Of a stretch of 64,000 bases of DNA, positions 55,760-64,000 are shown piece by piece. Source of the stretch: Verrucomicrobiota bacterium. GTDB lineage: Bacteria > Verrucomicrobiota > Verrucomicrobiia > Limisphaerales > Palsa-1400. The translations under genes were made by a program, and so were the position numbers. The DNA lies in the NCBI GenBank assembly GCA_049510745.1, contig JBEKYR010000008.1, forward strand, positions 32,001 to 96,000, given 5' to 3'. The notes under the pieces are model-generated. The model did not search any database and was not told where the DNA came from. It saw only the letters and a list, made by a program, of their open reading frames with translations. How positions within the stretch are numbered: the stretch's first letter is position 1; each line of letters begins with the position of its first letter.

Positions 55760-57187
55760 CTAATCCTCCGCCCCTTCCTCCGGCCGCAGGCCAAAGGCAG
55801 TCAGTTTCTCGCGCATGGTGATGCGGGAGACGCCGAGCCAGCGGGCGGCTTTGGCCTGGTTGCCGTGGGCCAGGTGGATGGCTTGGGCGAATAACTCGCG
55901 CTCAAGAGCGTCAATGACTTTGCCATGCACGCGGTCCAGTTCGCCGGAGCGGGCTTTCATGAGGAAATCCGAAACCCACGCGGCCATGGAGGCGTCGGGG
56001 CTTTCGGGGGGGCGGCTCATCTTGGCGAGGACCTGGCGGACATGGTCCAGGGTGATGGTGTACTTGCGGGCCAGGAGGAGGGCCTGGCGGACGACGTTTT
56101 CCAATTGCCGGATGTTGCCCGGCCAGGGCTGCTCGCAGAGGAAGGCGATGGCCTCGGGCTGGATGGCGGGGGACTGCACGCCAAGTTCGGCGCCGTACTT
56201 GCGGAGGAAGTATTTGACAAGGCTGGGAACGTCCTCCGCCCGCTGGCGCAGGGGCGGCAGTTGCACCTGCACGACGTTGAGCCGGTAGAACAAGTCCTCG
56301 CGGAATTGCCTGTCGCGCATGGCCCCTTCCAGGTCGCGATGGGTGGCGGCGATGACGCGGACGTTGATGGGGATGGATTCCTTGCCGCCGAGGCGTTCGA
56401 GGGATTTTTCCTGGAGGACGCGGAGGAATTTCGCCTGGGTGTTCAGGCTCATGTCGCCGATTTCATCGAGGAAGACGGTGCCGTTGTTGGCCTGCTCGAA
56501 GCGGCCAATGCGCCGGGTCTCCGCCCCGGTGAAGGCGCCGCGCTCGTGCCCGAAGAGTTCGCTCTCCAGCAACGTCTCCGGGATGGCGGCGCAATTGACG
56601 GCGACAAAGGGAGCGGCGGCGCGGTCGCTGTGCTGGTAAATGGCGCGCGCGATCAATTCCTTGCCGGTGCCGGTTTCGCCGCGAATGAGGACGGTGACGG
56701 GGCGCTCGGCAATGCGGCCGATTTCCTTGTAAATTTCCTGCATGCTGCGGCTGTTGCCGATGAGGGCGTCGCGGGCGGAGTCGGCCGCGCCGATTTCGAC
56801 GACCTCGGACATGAGGCGGCTGCTGGCAACGGCTTTGGCGACCAGCTCGAGCAGTTCCTCCATCTCGAAGGGCTTGAGCAAATAATCGTAAGCGCCCAGC
56901 TTGGTGGCTTCGATGGCGATGTCGGTCGTGCCGTGGGCGGTCATGAGGATGACGGGCAGGCGGGGCTTGGTGGCGTGGACTTGGCGGACGACTTCCAATC
57001 CGTTGAGGCCGGGCAATTTGAAATCACTCACGACCAGGTCGAAGTCCTGGGCGCAGGCTTCGGCCAGGCCGGTGTCGCCGCGGGTGGCGATGTGGACGCG
57101 GTAATCCTCGTCGCGCAGGACGCGTTCCAGGGCGGCGGAGGCGCTGGGGTCGTCTTCAATGAGCAGGATTTTAGGCGCCGTTGTCAT
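55760..57187 (-). CDS. NtrC-family sigma54-dependent response regulator
   Basis: receiver (ILLIEDD, SDFKLPG), GETGTGKE, ESELFGHERGAFTGA, FLDEIGD, WPGNIRQL, HTH. Confidence 0.96.
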   Translation of the reverse strand: MTTAPKILLIEDDPSASAALERVLRDEDYRVHIATRGDTGLAEACAQDFDLVVSDFKLPGLNGLEVVRQVHATKPRLPVILMTAHGTTDIAIEATKLGAYDYLLKPFEMEELLELVAKAVASSRLMSEVVEIGAADSARDALIGNSRSMQEIYKEIGRIAERPVTVLIRGETGTGKELIARAIYQHSDRAAAPFVAVNCAAIPETLLESELFGHERGAFTGAETRRIGRFEQANNGTVFLDEIGDMSLNTQAKFLRVLQEKSLERLGGKESIPINVRVIAATHRDLEGAMRDRQFREDLFYRLNVVQVQLPPLRQRAEDVPSLVKYFLRKYGAELGVQSPAIQPEAIAFLCEQPWPGNIRQLENVVRQALLLARKYTITLDHVRQVLAKMSRPPESPDASMAAWVSDFLMKARSGELDRVHGKVIDALERELFAQAIHLAHGNQAKAARWLGVSRITMREKLTAFGLRPEEGAED

Positions 57188-58535
57188 GAGGGGAGCAAGT
57201 GGGAAGGATGACCCCGAAGGTGGTGCCGCGATGGGGGCTGGTCTGGAATTCGAGCAGTCCGCCGTGTTTTTCGACGATGCGGGCGGCGATGGAAAGGCCC
57301 AGGCCGGTGCCGGATTCCTTGGTGGAAAAGAACGGATCGAACAAGCGTTTCTGCACGTCGGCGGGAATGCCCTTGCCGTTGTCTTCGGTTTCCAAAAAGA
57401 TGGCGCGCCGGTGCTGTCCGCCCAGGCGGGCGGCGCCCTCGCGGGCGCGCAAGGTGATCTGGCCGTTGCGGCCGATGCTTTCGGCGGCGTTCTGCACCAG
57501 GTTGATGAGCACCTGTTTGAGCTGTTGCGGATCGGCCCGGAAATGGCCGGTGGATTGGATGTCGAGTTTGAGTTGGATGGCCAGCTTCTCGCATTGCGGG
57601 GCCAACAGATCGCGCACTTCCGCCAGCGTCTTTTCCGGCGTGAGAGTCGCCAGGCGCGGTTCAGAGGGGCGGGCGAATTGGAGGAAATCCTGGACAATGC
57701 GCTCCAGACGGTTGAGTTCGTTGCCAATGACCAGCGCATCGCGGTATTCGGGCGAATTGCGGTCGAAGGAACGCTGGTGGCTGAAGAGGCGCGCCTTGAG
57801 GGCGGTGAGGGGATTGCGGATTTCGTGGGCGACACCGGCGGCCAGCACGCCGAGCGAGGCGAGTTTTTCCTGGCGTTCGATGATTTCCTTGCTTTGCACC
57901 AGTTGCAAGCGCAGGGGCATGATCATTTCGCGGTAAACGGTCATCGAGAGCCAGGCGAGGGAGCCGAGCAACAGGAGGATCGAACCGAAGATGAGCCAGC
58001 GCAGGACGGAAACGGATTTTTGCGAGGCGAGCAGCGAATCCTCCAGCAGTTGGCGGTGGGCGTCCTCCAGGCGATAGCCCAGTTCCAGGAGCGGCTGGGC
58101 GGCTTTTTGAATGCCCTCGATGTGCCGCAGTTTGGCCTCCTCGCTTTGGGCGGCTTGATCGAGGCCGTTGGTGGCGGCAACCAAAAAGATGTCGTAAGCG
58201 CGGTCGATCTGGTTCAATACCTCCAACTCGGCCGGCCGCAGAACCGGTTTTTGGGCGTCAATCCAGTTATTGAGTTCGGCGCTTTCCAGGCGGTAGTTCT
58301 GCAATTCCTTTGCGTCCGGCTGCAGATCGTATCGGACCAGCCGGCTGTAGAGGCGCAGAGTTTCGTCCTGCACGTGGTCGGCAATTTCAAAACTGCGCAA
58401 GTGCCCCGTGCTCAGGCTGGCGCGCAAGCGGCTGACTTCCCGCCAACTGTCAAACGCCGCCCATCCAATCAGCGCCGCCAAGACCCCGATGGACAGTCCG
58501 AAAGCCGCCAGCCGGATTTTCAAGGCCCGGTTCAT
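57171..58535 (-). CDS. membrane sensor histidine kinase
   Basis: two TM helices around a helical periplasmic domain, AAGVAHEIRNPL, NLVQNA, DNGKG, PFFSTK, GTGLGL. Confidence 0.93.
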   Translation of the reverse strand: MNRALKIRLAAFGLSIGVLAALIGWAAFDSWREVSRLRASLSTGHLRSFEIADHVQDETLRLYSRLVRYDLQPDAKELQNYRLESAELNNWIDAQKPVLRPAELEVLNQIDRAYDIFLVAATNGLDQAAQSEEAKLRHIEGIQKAAQPLLELGYRLEDAHRQLLEDSLLASQKSVSVLRWLIFGSILLLLGSLAWLSMTVYREMIMPLRLQLVQSKEIIERQEKLASLGVLAAGVAHEIRNPLTALKARLFSHQRSFDRNSPEYRDALVIGNELNRLERIVQDFLQFARPSEPRLATLTPEKTLAEVRDLLAPQCEKLAIQLKLDIQSTGHFRADPQQLKQVLINLVQNAAESIGRNGQITLRAREGAARLGGQHRRAIFLETEDNGKGIPADVQKRLFDPFFSTKESGTGLGLSIAARIVEKHGGLLEFQTSPHRGTTFGVILPTCSPHDNGA

Positions 58536-58652
58536 TGTGGAAACCAAGTTACCAGCAGTGGAAAGCAAATGACAAGGGTGGCGTGGGCGGCGGAAAACCG
58601 CTTCGCAAATAATGCGTTGGAAATCAGGCACTTGCAGCTTTAGGCATCCTGC

Positions 58653-58668
58653 TGGCACACGCGCTGCT
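58653..58668 (+). promoter_or_regulatory. sigma54 (-24/-12) promoter for the heavy-metal-type efflux operon
   Basis: TGGCACAcgcgCTGCT with GG-N10-GC spacing, 90 nt upstream of ATG 58759, divergent from the NtrC pair. Confidence 0.65.
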
Positions 58669-58758
58669 TTGAAGGAAGGTTCATGGTTTTATTCGCAACC
58701 AAACGGCGGCTTGAACCGCGCTTGTCTGGATTGCGGAACGGGCCGTCCCGAATTTACA

Positions 58759-59970
58759 ATGAAGAATCCATTACCGATTGGCAGCCGAGCAGCCGCAGCA
58801 GCACTGACGGTTGGGATTATTGTTTTCGCAACTGTCCTTCTGAAATCCGGGTCCGGCCAGCCGGCGAACACGAACCCGGCGCCAAGGCCAGGTTCAGTTT
58901 CCAACGCCGTTCCCTCCGAAGCGACGGTGGATTTGTCGCCGGGCCAACTGAACGCGATCAAAATCGAGGCGGTTGGAACTTATCTTTTTCCTGTTGAGAA
59001 AGAGGCGGTCGGGAACATCGCTTTTGTCGATGATCTGTCGGTCCAGGTCTTTCCGCCCTATCAGGGAAAGCTCCTCAAGACTTTCGTCGAGCTGGGGGAC
59101 GACGTGCAAAAGGGACAGCCGCTTTATACAATTGACAGTCCCGACCTCATCCAGGCCGAATCGACCTTGATCGGGGCCGCCGCCACGCTTGATCTGACCA
59201 GCAAAGAACTGGCGCGCGCCAAGGAGCTTTATGGAACCAACGGAGTATCCGAACGAGAGAAGGAACAGGCGACCTCCGATGAACAGACGGCCGAAGGCGC
59301 CCTCAAAGCGGCCCGGGACGCGGTCCGGGTCTTCGGAAAAACCGAGGCCGAAATCGATCAGATTGTCGCCACGCGCAAGATTGACCCCGCCCTGGTCGTG
59401 CCCAGCCCGGTGACCGGTCAGATCACATCCATGAATGCGCCGCCGGGGCTATTGGTGCAGCCGGGAACCGCGCCGGCGCCCTATTCGGTCGCCGACATCT
59501 CGGTCAAATGGATGCTGGCCAGTGTCACCGAAAGCGACAGCCCGCTTTATCACGCGGGGCAGCCGGTTGAAGTCAAGGTGATGGCCTATCCCGGCCGCGT
59601 GTTCAAAGGCACGATTTCAAAAATATACGCGACAGTAGATCCGAGCACCCATAGAGTCATGATCCGCTCTGAAATCGCGGACCCCAGACATGAGTTGCGT
59701 CCCGGAATGCTGGCCAACTTCGCGATTCGAGTCCAGGAGCCGGTGGAGTCTGTCGCCCTGCCGATGAATGGGGCGGTTCGAAATGGCGATGGCACGATGG
59801 CGGCCTGGGTGACGACCGACCGCCACCGCTTTTCACAACGAATCATCAAGGTTGGTCTGCAACGAGACGGTCGCTATCAGGTTCTCGAAGGATTGCAGCG
59901 GGGAGAACTGGCCGTCACGGATGGGGCCGTTTTTCTCAGCAACATCCTATACGCGCCGCCGACCGACTAG
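58759..59970 (+). CDS. CzcB-like RND periplasmic adaptor
   Basis: N-terminal TM, VELGDDVQKGQPL, SPDL, SPVTG, LRPGMLA. Confidence 0.9.
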   Translation: MKNPLPIGSRAAAAALTVGIIVFATVLLKSGSGQPANTNPAPRPGSVSNAVPSEATVDLSPGQLNAIKIEAVGTYLFPVEKEAVGNIAFVDDLSVQVFPPYQGKLLKTFVELGDDVQKGQPLYTIDSPDLIQAESTLIGAAATLDLTSKELARAKELYGTNGVSEREKEQATSDEQTAEGALKAARDAVRVFGKTEAEIDQIVATRKIDPALVVPSPVTGQITSMNAPPGLLVQPGTAPAPYSVADISVKWMLASVTESDSPLYHAGQPVEVKVMAYPGRVFKGTISKIYATVDPSTHRVMIRSEIADPRHELRPGMLANFAIRVQEPVESVALPMNGAVRNGDGTMAAWVTTDRHRFSQRIIKVGLQRDGRYQVLEGLQRGELAVTDGAVFLSNILYAPPTD

Positions 59971-60006
59971 CTGACTCCCAAGCCAATGACTCAATAAAGC
60001 CCAGTC

Positions 60007-63000
60007 ATGCTCAAGTCTCTTATTTCAGCCTGCCTCAGCCGACGCGCGATTGTTGTGTTCGCGTTGCTGGCGTTTGCGGGGGCAGGCTGCTTCGCTTTCA
60101 AGAAGCTCAACATTGAGGCCTATCCAAACCCGACGCCGGTCATCCTGGAAATCACGGCGCAGGCGGCGGGTCTCTCCGCCGAGGAGATGGAGCGTTACTA
60201 CACGATTCCAATAGAGATCGGGCTTTACACGACGCCTGGCATTGAGGTCATCCGTTCCACTTCTTTCTACGGGCTATCGTTTATCCGTGTGGTGTTCAAG
60301 TATGGGATTGACTATCACTTCGCTTACGCCCAGGCGGATATAGCGATACAACAAAATGTCACCCTTCCCGGCAATCAGACACCTCAAATCCAACAGAACA
60401 GCTCGACCGGGGAGATCTATCGTTACCAGGTGGTCGGTCCGAAGCGTTTTGGGCTGACCAATCTCCGCACGGTGCAGGATTGGATCGTGTTGCGCCGGCT
60501 CTCGACCATACCCGGCATCGTGCAGGTCAACAGTTGGGGCGGCACGACCAAGGAATTTGACGTCGAGGTGGACCCTCAGAAACTGGAAGCCTACAACGTC
60601 ACCGTGCCGCAAGTTTTGACTGCGCTGGGCAACGCGAACATCAACGTCGGCGGGCGCGAGATTCGCATCGGCCAGCAGTCCATCAACATCCGGGGCGTCG
60701 GTTTGATTGATGACGGCGGCGGCGATGATCTGACCCAGGGCTACAAGGTGGATGACATCGAGAACGCTGTCCTGACCCAGGCAAACGGCGTTCCGGTGCT
60801 GGTGAAAGACGTGGCGAAAGTGAAGGTGGGCTATGTGCCGAGGCTGGGCATTTGCGGGCGGGACCAGGAGGACGACGTGGCAGCGTCCATTGTGGTGATG
60901 AGCCGGGTGGAGCAAACCGCCAAAATGCTGCCCAAGGTCAAGGCCGAAGTGGCCAAAATGAACAGGGATGGAAGCCTGCCGCCAGGAGTCAAGCTGGTTC
61001 CCTTTTATGATCGCGGCTCGCTCATCGCGCTGACGACCCACACCGTTCTGCACAATCTCATTTTTGGATGCCTGCTGGTGTTCCTAATCCAGTGGATATT
61101 CCTGGGAGACCTCCGCAGCGCGGTCATCGTGGGAGTGAATATCCCGTTTGCGTTGTTCTTTGCCATCATGCTGCTGGTGGCACAGGGAGAAAGCGCCAAC
61201 CTGCTGTCGGTCGGCGCTGTTGATTTTGGCATCATTGTGGATTCGGCTGTGATCCTGGTCGAGAATATCTTCCGAAATTTCCAAAGGTCCGCGGAAGAAA
61301 GGAAGGGCCTGCTGGCGCGTCTGACGGACGGCTTTTATGGGCCGGACCCGACGAACGAGCTGCATTCCCGGCCCGGCCACAGTTGGACCGAGCGCCTGCG
61401 GCTGATTCTGGTCAGTGCGCTGCAGGTGGACAGGGCGGTCTTCTTCTCGGCGCTCATCACCGTGGCCGGTTTCGTGCCGCTGTTCACCATGCAGGGAGTC
61501 GAGGGCCAGATTTTTGCCCCCATGGCGCGCACCTACGGATACGCGCTGGCAGGGGCCTTGATCGCGACCTTCACGGTCACGCCCGTGCTCGCCTCGTTTT
61601 TTCTGCCCCAGCGTGTGGAGGAAGCCGAGACGCTAGTCGTGCGCCTCCTGCACCGTGTCTATAATCCGACGCTGCGTTTCGCGTTGGGCCACCGCGCCCT
61701 CATGGTCGGCGTCGGAATTGTCTTTCTTGCCGCGACCGCGTTCCTGTCGCTGCGGCTGGGGAGCGAGTTTCTCCCGCAACTGGAAGAGGGCAATTTTTGG
61801 ATTCGCGCCTCGATGCCGATGACGCTCTCCCTGGAAGACGGGGAAGCGGCGACGAGAAAAATGCGGCTGATTCTTTTGAAATATCCGGAAGTGGTGACAG
61901 TCGTTTCGCAGCATGGCCGGCCCGATAACGGGAGCGACGCATCGCCGTTCTCCAATGTCGAGTTGTTCGTGCCGCTGAAGCCGTTGGACGAATGGCCGAA
62001 GGGTTTGACCAAGGAGAAGCTGACGGAGCAGGTGCAGAAGGAGTTCCAAAACGAATTGCCGGGAGTGACTTTCAATTTTTCTCAATACATCCAGGACAAC
62101 ATTGAGGAGGCGATCTCCGGGGTCAAAGGGGCCAATTCCGTCAAGATTATCGGTCCCAATCTCGGGATGTTGGAGAAGTTTGCCGCGCAAGTCAGGGACG
62201 AGATGAGCCAGGTTCGCGGAGTTGCCGATCTGGGAATCTTCCCGGTCCTTGGGCAGCCGAACCTGAATATCAAGGTGGATCGGGCCAAGGCGGCGCGATA
62301 CGGCCTGAACTCCGGCGACGTGACCGCAGTGATCCAGGCGGCGCTGGGCGGGGCGGCGGCCAGCACGGTCCTGGAGGGGGATCGCCAGTTCGGCCTGGTC
62401 GTCCGTTTTGCGCCCGAATACCGGGACAGCATCGAAAAGATTCGCAACATCAAGGTGGGCTATCAGACGGGCAGCGGCGCCAACGCCTATATCCCGTTGC
62501 GCGAACTGGCGACGATCACGTTGGACACCGGGGCGGCCTGGATTTATCACGAGAGCACGCAGCGCTTTATCCCGATCAAGTTCAGTGTGCGGGGTCGCGA
62601 TCTGGGGAGCACCGTGGCCGAGGCGCAGGCGCGCTTGGCGAAGAAAGTGAAACTTCCCAGCGGCTATCGCATGGTCTGGGCGGGCGAGTTCGAAGACCTT
62701 CAGCTTGCCAAAGAGCGCCTGGAACTGGTGGTGCCGGTCAGCTTGGCGCTCATCATTGGGTTGCTCTATTGCCTGTTCAATTCGCTGCTGGAGTGCGTCC
62801 TGACGCTTTCCGGCATTCCGTTCGCGATTGCCGGCGGCGTGCTGGCACTCTATGTCTCCGGCCTCAATTTCAGCATCTCCGCCGCCATCGGCTTCGTTTC
62901 ACTCTTTGGCGTGTCGGTCATGAATGGCATTCTGTTAATCACCTATTTCAACCAGGCAAGGCTTCACGGCTGGACGCCCGTGGAATCGATGTTTCACGCC

Positions 63001-63243
63001 GCCTCCACCCGCATGCGGCCGCTGCTGATGACGAGCTTCTCGGCCTGTATCGGCCTGTTTCCGGCGGCGATTTCCACCGGCATTGGAAGCCAGGTGCAGC
63101 GCCCGCTGGCCACAGTGATCGTGGGCGGCATGCTGGTCGGACCCATCATGCTGCTGATCGTTGTGCCGGCGCTGAAAATTGTGTTTCTGGGGCGTGGAGA
63201 CGATAAACCCCTGGCAGAATCTCAATCCCTGGAATCCATATGA
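60007..63243 (+). CDS. CzcA/CusA-family (HME) RND transporter
   Basis: LNIEAYP, AVDFGIIVDSAVILVEN, GSEFLPQLEEG, RMRPLLMT, QVQRPLA. Confidence 0.95.
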   Translation: MLKSLISACLSRRAIVVFALLAFAGAGCFAFKKLNIEAYPNPTPVILEITAQAAGLSAEEMERYYTIPIEIGLYTTPGIEVIRSTSFYGLSFIRVVFKYGIDYHFAYAQADIAIQQNVTLPGNQTPQIQQNSSTGEIYRYQVVGPKRFGLTNLRTVQDWIVLRRLSTIPGIVQVNSWGGTTKEFDVEVDPQKLEAYNVTVPQVLTALGNANINVGGREIRIGQQSINIRGVGLIDDGGGDDLTQGYKVDDIENAVLTQANGVPVLVKDVAKVKVGYVPRLGICGRDQEDDVAASIVVMSRVEQTAKMLPKVKAEVAKMNRDGSLPPGVKLVPFYDRGSLIALTTHTVLHNLIFGCLLVFLIQWIFLGDLRSAVIVGVNIPFALFFAIMLLVAQGESANLLSVGAVDFGIIVDSAVILVENIFRNFQRSAEERKGLLARLTDGFYGPDPTNELHSRPGHSWTERLRLILVSALQVDRAVFFSALITVAGFVPLFTMQGVEGQIFAPMARTYGYALAGALIATFTVTPVLASFFLPQRVEEAETLVVRLLHRVYNPTLRFALGHRALMVGVGIVFLAATAFLSLRLGSEFLPQLEEGNFWIRASMPMTLSLEDGEAATRKMRLILLKYPEVVTVVSQHGRPDNGSDASPFSNVELFVPLKPLDEWPKGLTKEKLTEQVQKEFQNELPGVTFNFSQYIQDNIEEAISGVKGANSVKIIGPNLGMLEKFAAQVRDEMSQVRGVADLGIFPVLGQPNLNIKVDRAKAARYGLNSGDVTAVIQAALGGAAASTVLEGDRQFGLVVRFAPEYRDSIEKIRNIKVGYQTGSGANAYIPLRELATITLDTGAAWIYHESTQRFIPIKFSVRGRDLGSTVAEAQARLAKKVKLPSGYRMVWAGEFEDLQLAKERLELVVPVSLALIIGLLYCLFNSLLECVLTLSGIPFAIAGGVLALYVSGLNFSISAAIGFVSLFGVSVMNGILLITYFNQARLHGWTPVESMFHAASTRMRPLLMTSFSACIGLFPAAISTGIGSQVQRPLATVIVGGMLVGPIMLLIVVPALKIVFLGRGDDKPLAESQSLESI

Positions 63244-63767
63244 AAGCGGCGCGTTTCCTTTTCACAATAATTGGCTTTGGCGCATTAACGCATGGGGTGG
63301 GTTTTGCCGGCGAACCATCCAGTCAACCATCCGAGCCGGTTTTCCATGCGAATCATACAACCGGTGATCGTTCGGCCAAGCCAGCGCATGGCAACCCAGT
63401 GCGCGCCAAAACAGATCAGACGGACGGAAATCATTCCAACCCCAAGGACGATGGCCACGCCTCCGCAAAGAGCAGCCAGGCCGGCCCGGTGAATGCCCAG
63501 ACCAAACCCACGTCGGGAAATGAGCTTCATCAACCCGGGCTGAAAAAAGCCGCCACCGCCGCAAACGATGCATTGATGAAGAACAGAATCGCAAACCACC
63601 GCGAACAACCTGCCAAGTTGCCGGTTGGCAGCGGGACCACCGCGTCTTTGCCCGGCGTAGTTCGCAGCCGAAGCGCCTCCACGGCCGTCGTCGGTGGAGC
63701 GGCGGCCACCAACGCCAAACACTCGGCGGCGGTGGTCAATGGCACCGACATGAGGAGGAAGCCTTAG
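63240..63767 (+). CDS. secreted low-complexity hypothetical protein
   Basis: ATGA overlap with the RND gene, signal-peptide-like N-terminus, disordered body. Confidence 0.6.
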   Translation: MKAARFLFTIIGFGALTHGVGFAGEPSSQPSEPVFHANHTTGDRSAKPAHGNPVRAKTDQTDGNHSNPKDDGHASAKSSQAGPVNAQTKPTSGNELHQPGLKKAATAANDALMKNRIANHREQPAKLPVGSGTTASLPGVVRSRSASTAVVGGAAATNAKHSAAVVNGTDMRRKP

Positions 63768-63780
63768 CTCATTTGAGGTT

Positions 63781-64000
63781 ATGACACCATCTCGCAAGCC
63801 GCACGTAATATGTTTGACGATGCTCGCCGCTTCGGCGCTTCTGACCAATTGCGCGGTGGGGCCTGACTTCAAGAGGCCTGCGGCGCCACAGGTCAATGGC
63901 TATACTCCGGGACCGGTTTCGACCACCGGCAGTGCGACCAACGTGGCCGGTGGAGAAGCCCAACGCTTTGTCACGGGTCAGGATATTGCGGGAGATTGGT
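63781..64000 (+). CDS. NodT/TolC-family outer membrane lipoprotein (3' truncated by window)
   Basis: MTPSRKPHVICLTMLAASALLTNCAVGPDFKRPAAP...AQRFVTGQDIAGDW. Confidence 0.85.
   Translation, partial: MTPSRKPHVICLTMLAASALLTNCAVGPDFKRPAAPQVNGYTPGPVSTTGSATNVAGGEAQRFVTGQDIAGDW

Noticed and set aside
57188..57835. N-terminal extension of the NtrC ORF
   Set aside because: Alternative frame of the kinase gene; the receiver domain starts at ATG 57187

Overview
A 64 kb GC-rich chromosomal window. The RpoA N-terminus and gene content suggest Verrucomicrobia of the Pedosphaera/Limisphaera type (inference). The core backbone comprises rpsD-rpoA-rplQ, acs, ispH, gap, rsmD, a threonine aldolase, a TetR-AcrAB-OprM-type efflux operon and a sigma54/NtrC-linked CzcBA-type efflux operon. 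The most unusual region is an ~11.3 kb integrase-free island between ispH and gap (26735-38013). It is built from at least six short repeat modules, including four same-strand 5' fragments of a REP-associated tyrosine transposase (RAYT), three of which keep a -35/-10 promoter. These modules bracket unrelated cargo genes (a GH2 glycosidase, a TlpA-like protein, and an AT-rich methyltransferase plus WWGWW-protein pair) and two orphan Mu-like terminase genes that share a duplicated leader. Other notable loci are a stand-alone ketosynthase co-transcribed with two histidine kinases (candidate signal synthase and sensor), a YVDPGTG-peptide / kinase-methyltransferase / LTA-synthase-like operon, a collapsed type I restriction operon leaving only rhuM intact, and a secreted S74-chaperoned fibre protein with an internal duplication. 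No rRNA, tRNA or CRISPR array was recognised. All family calls are from motif recognition by eye; no searches were run.
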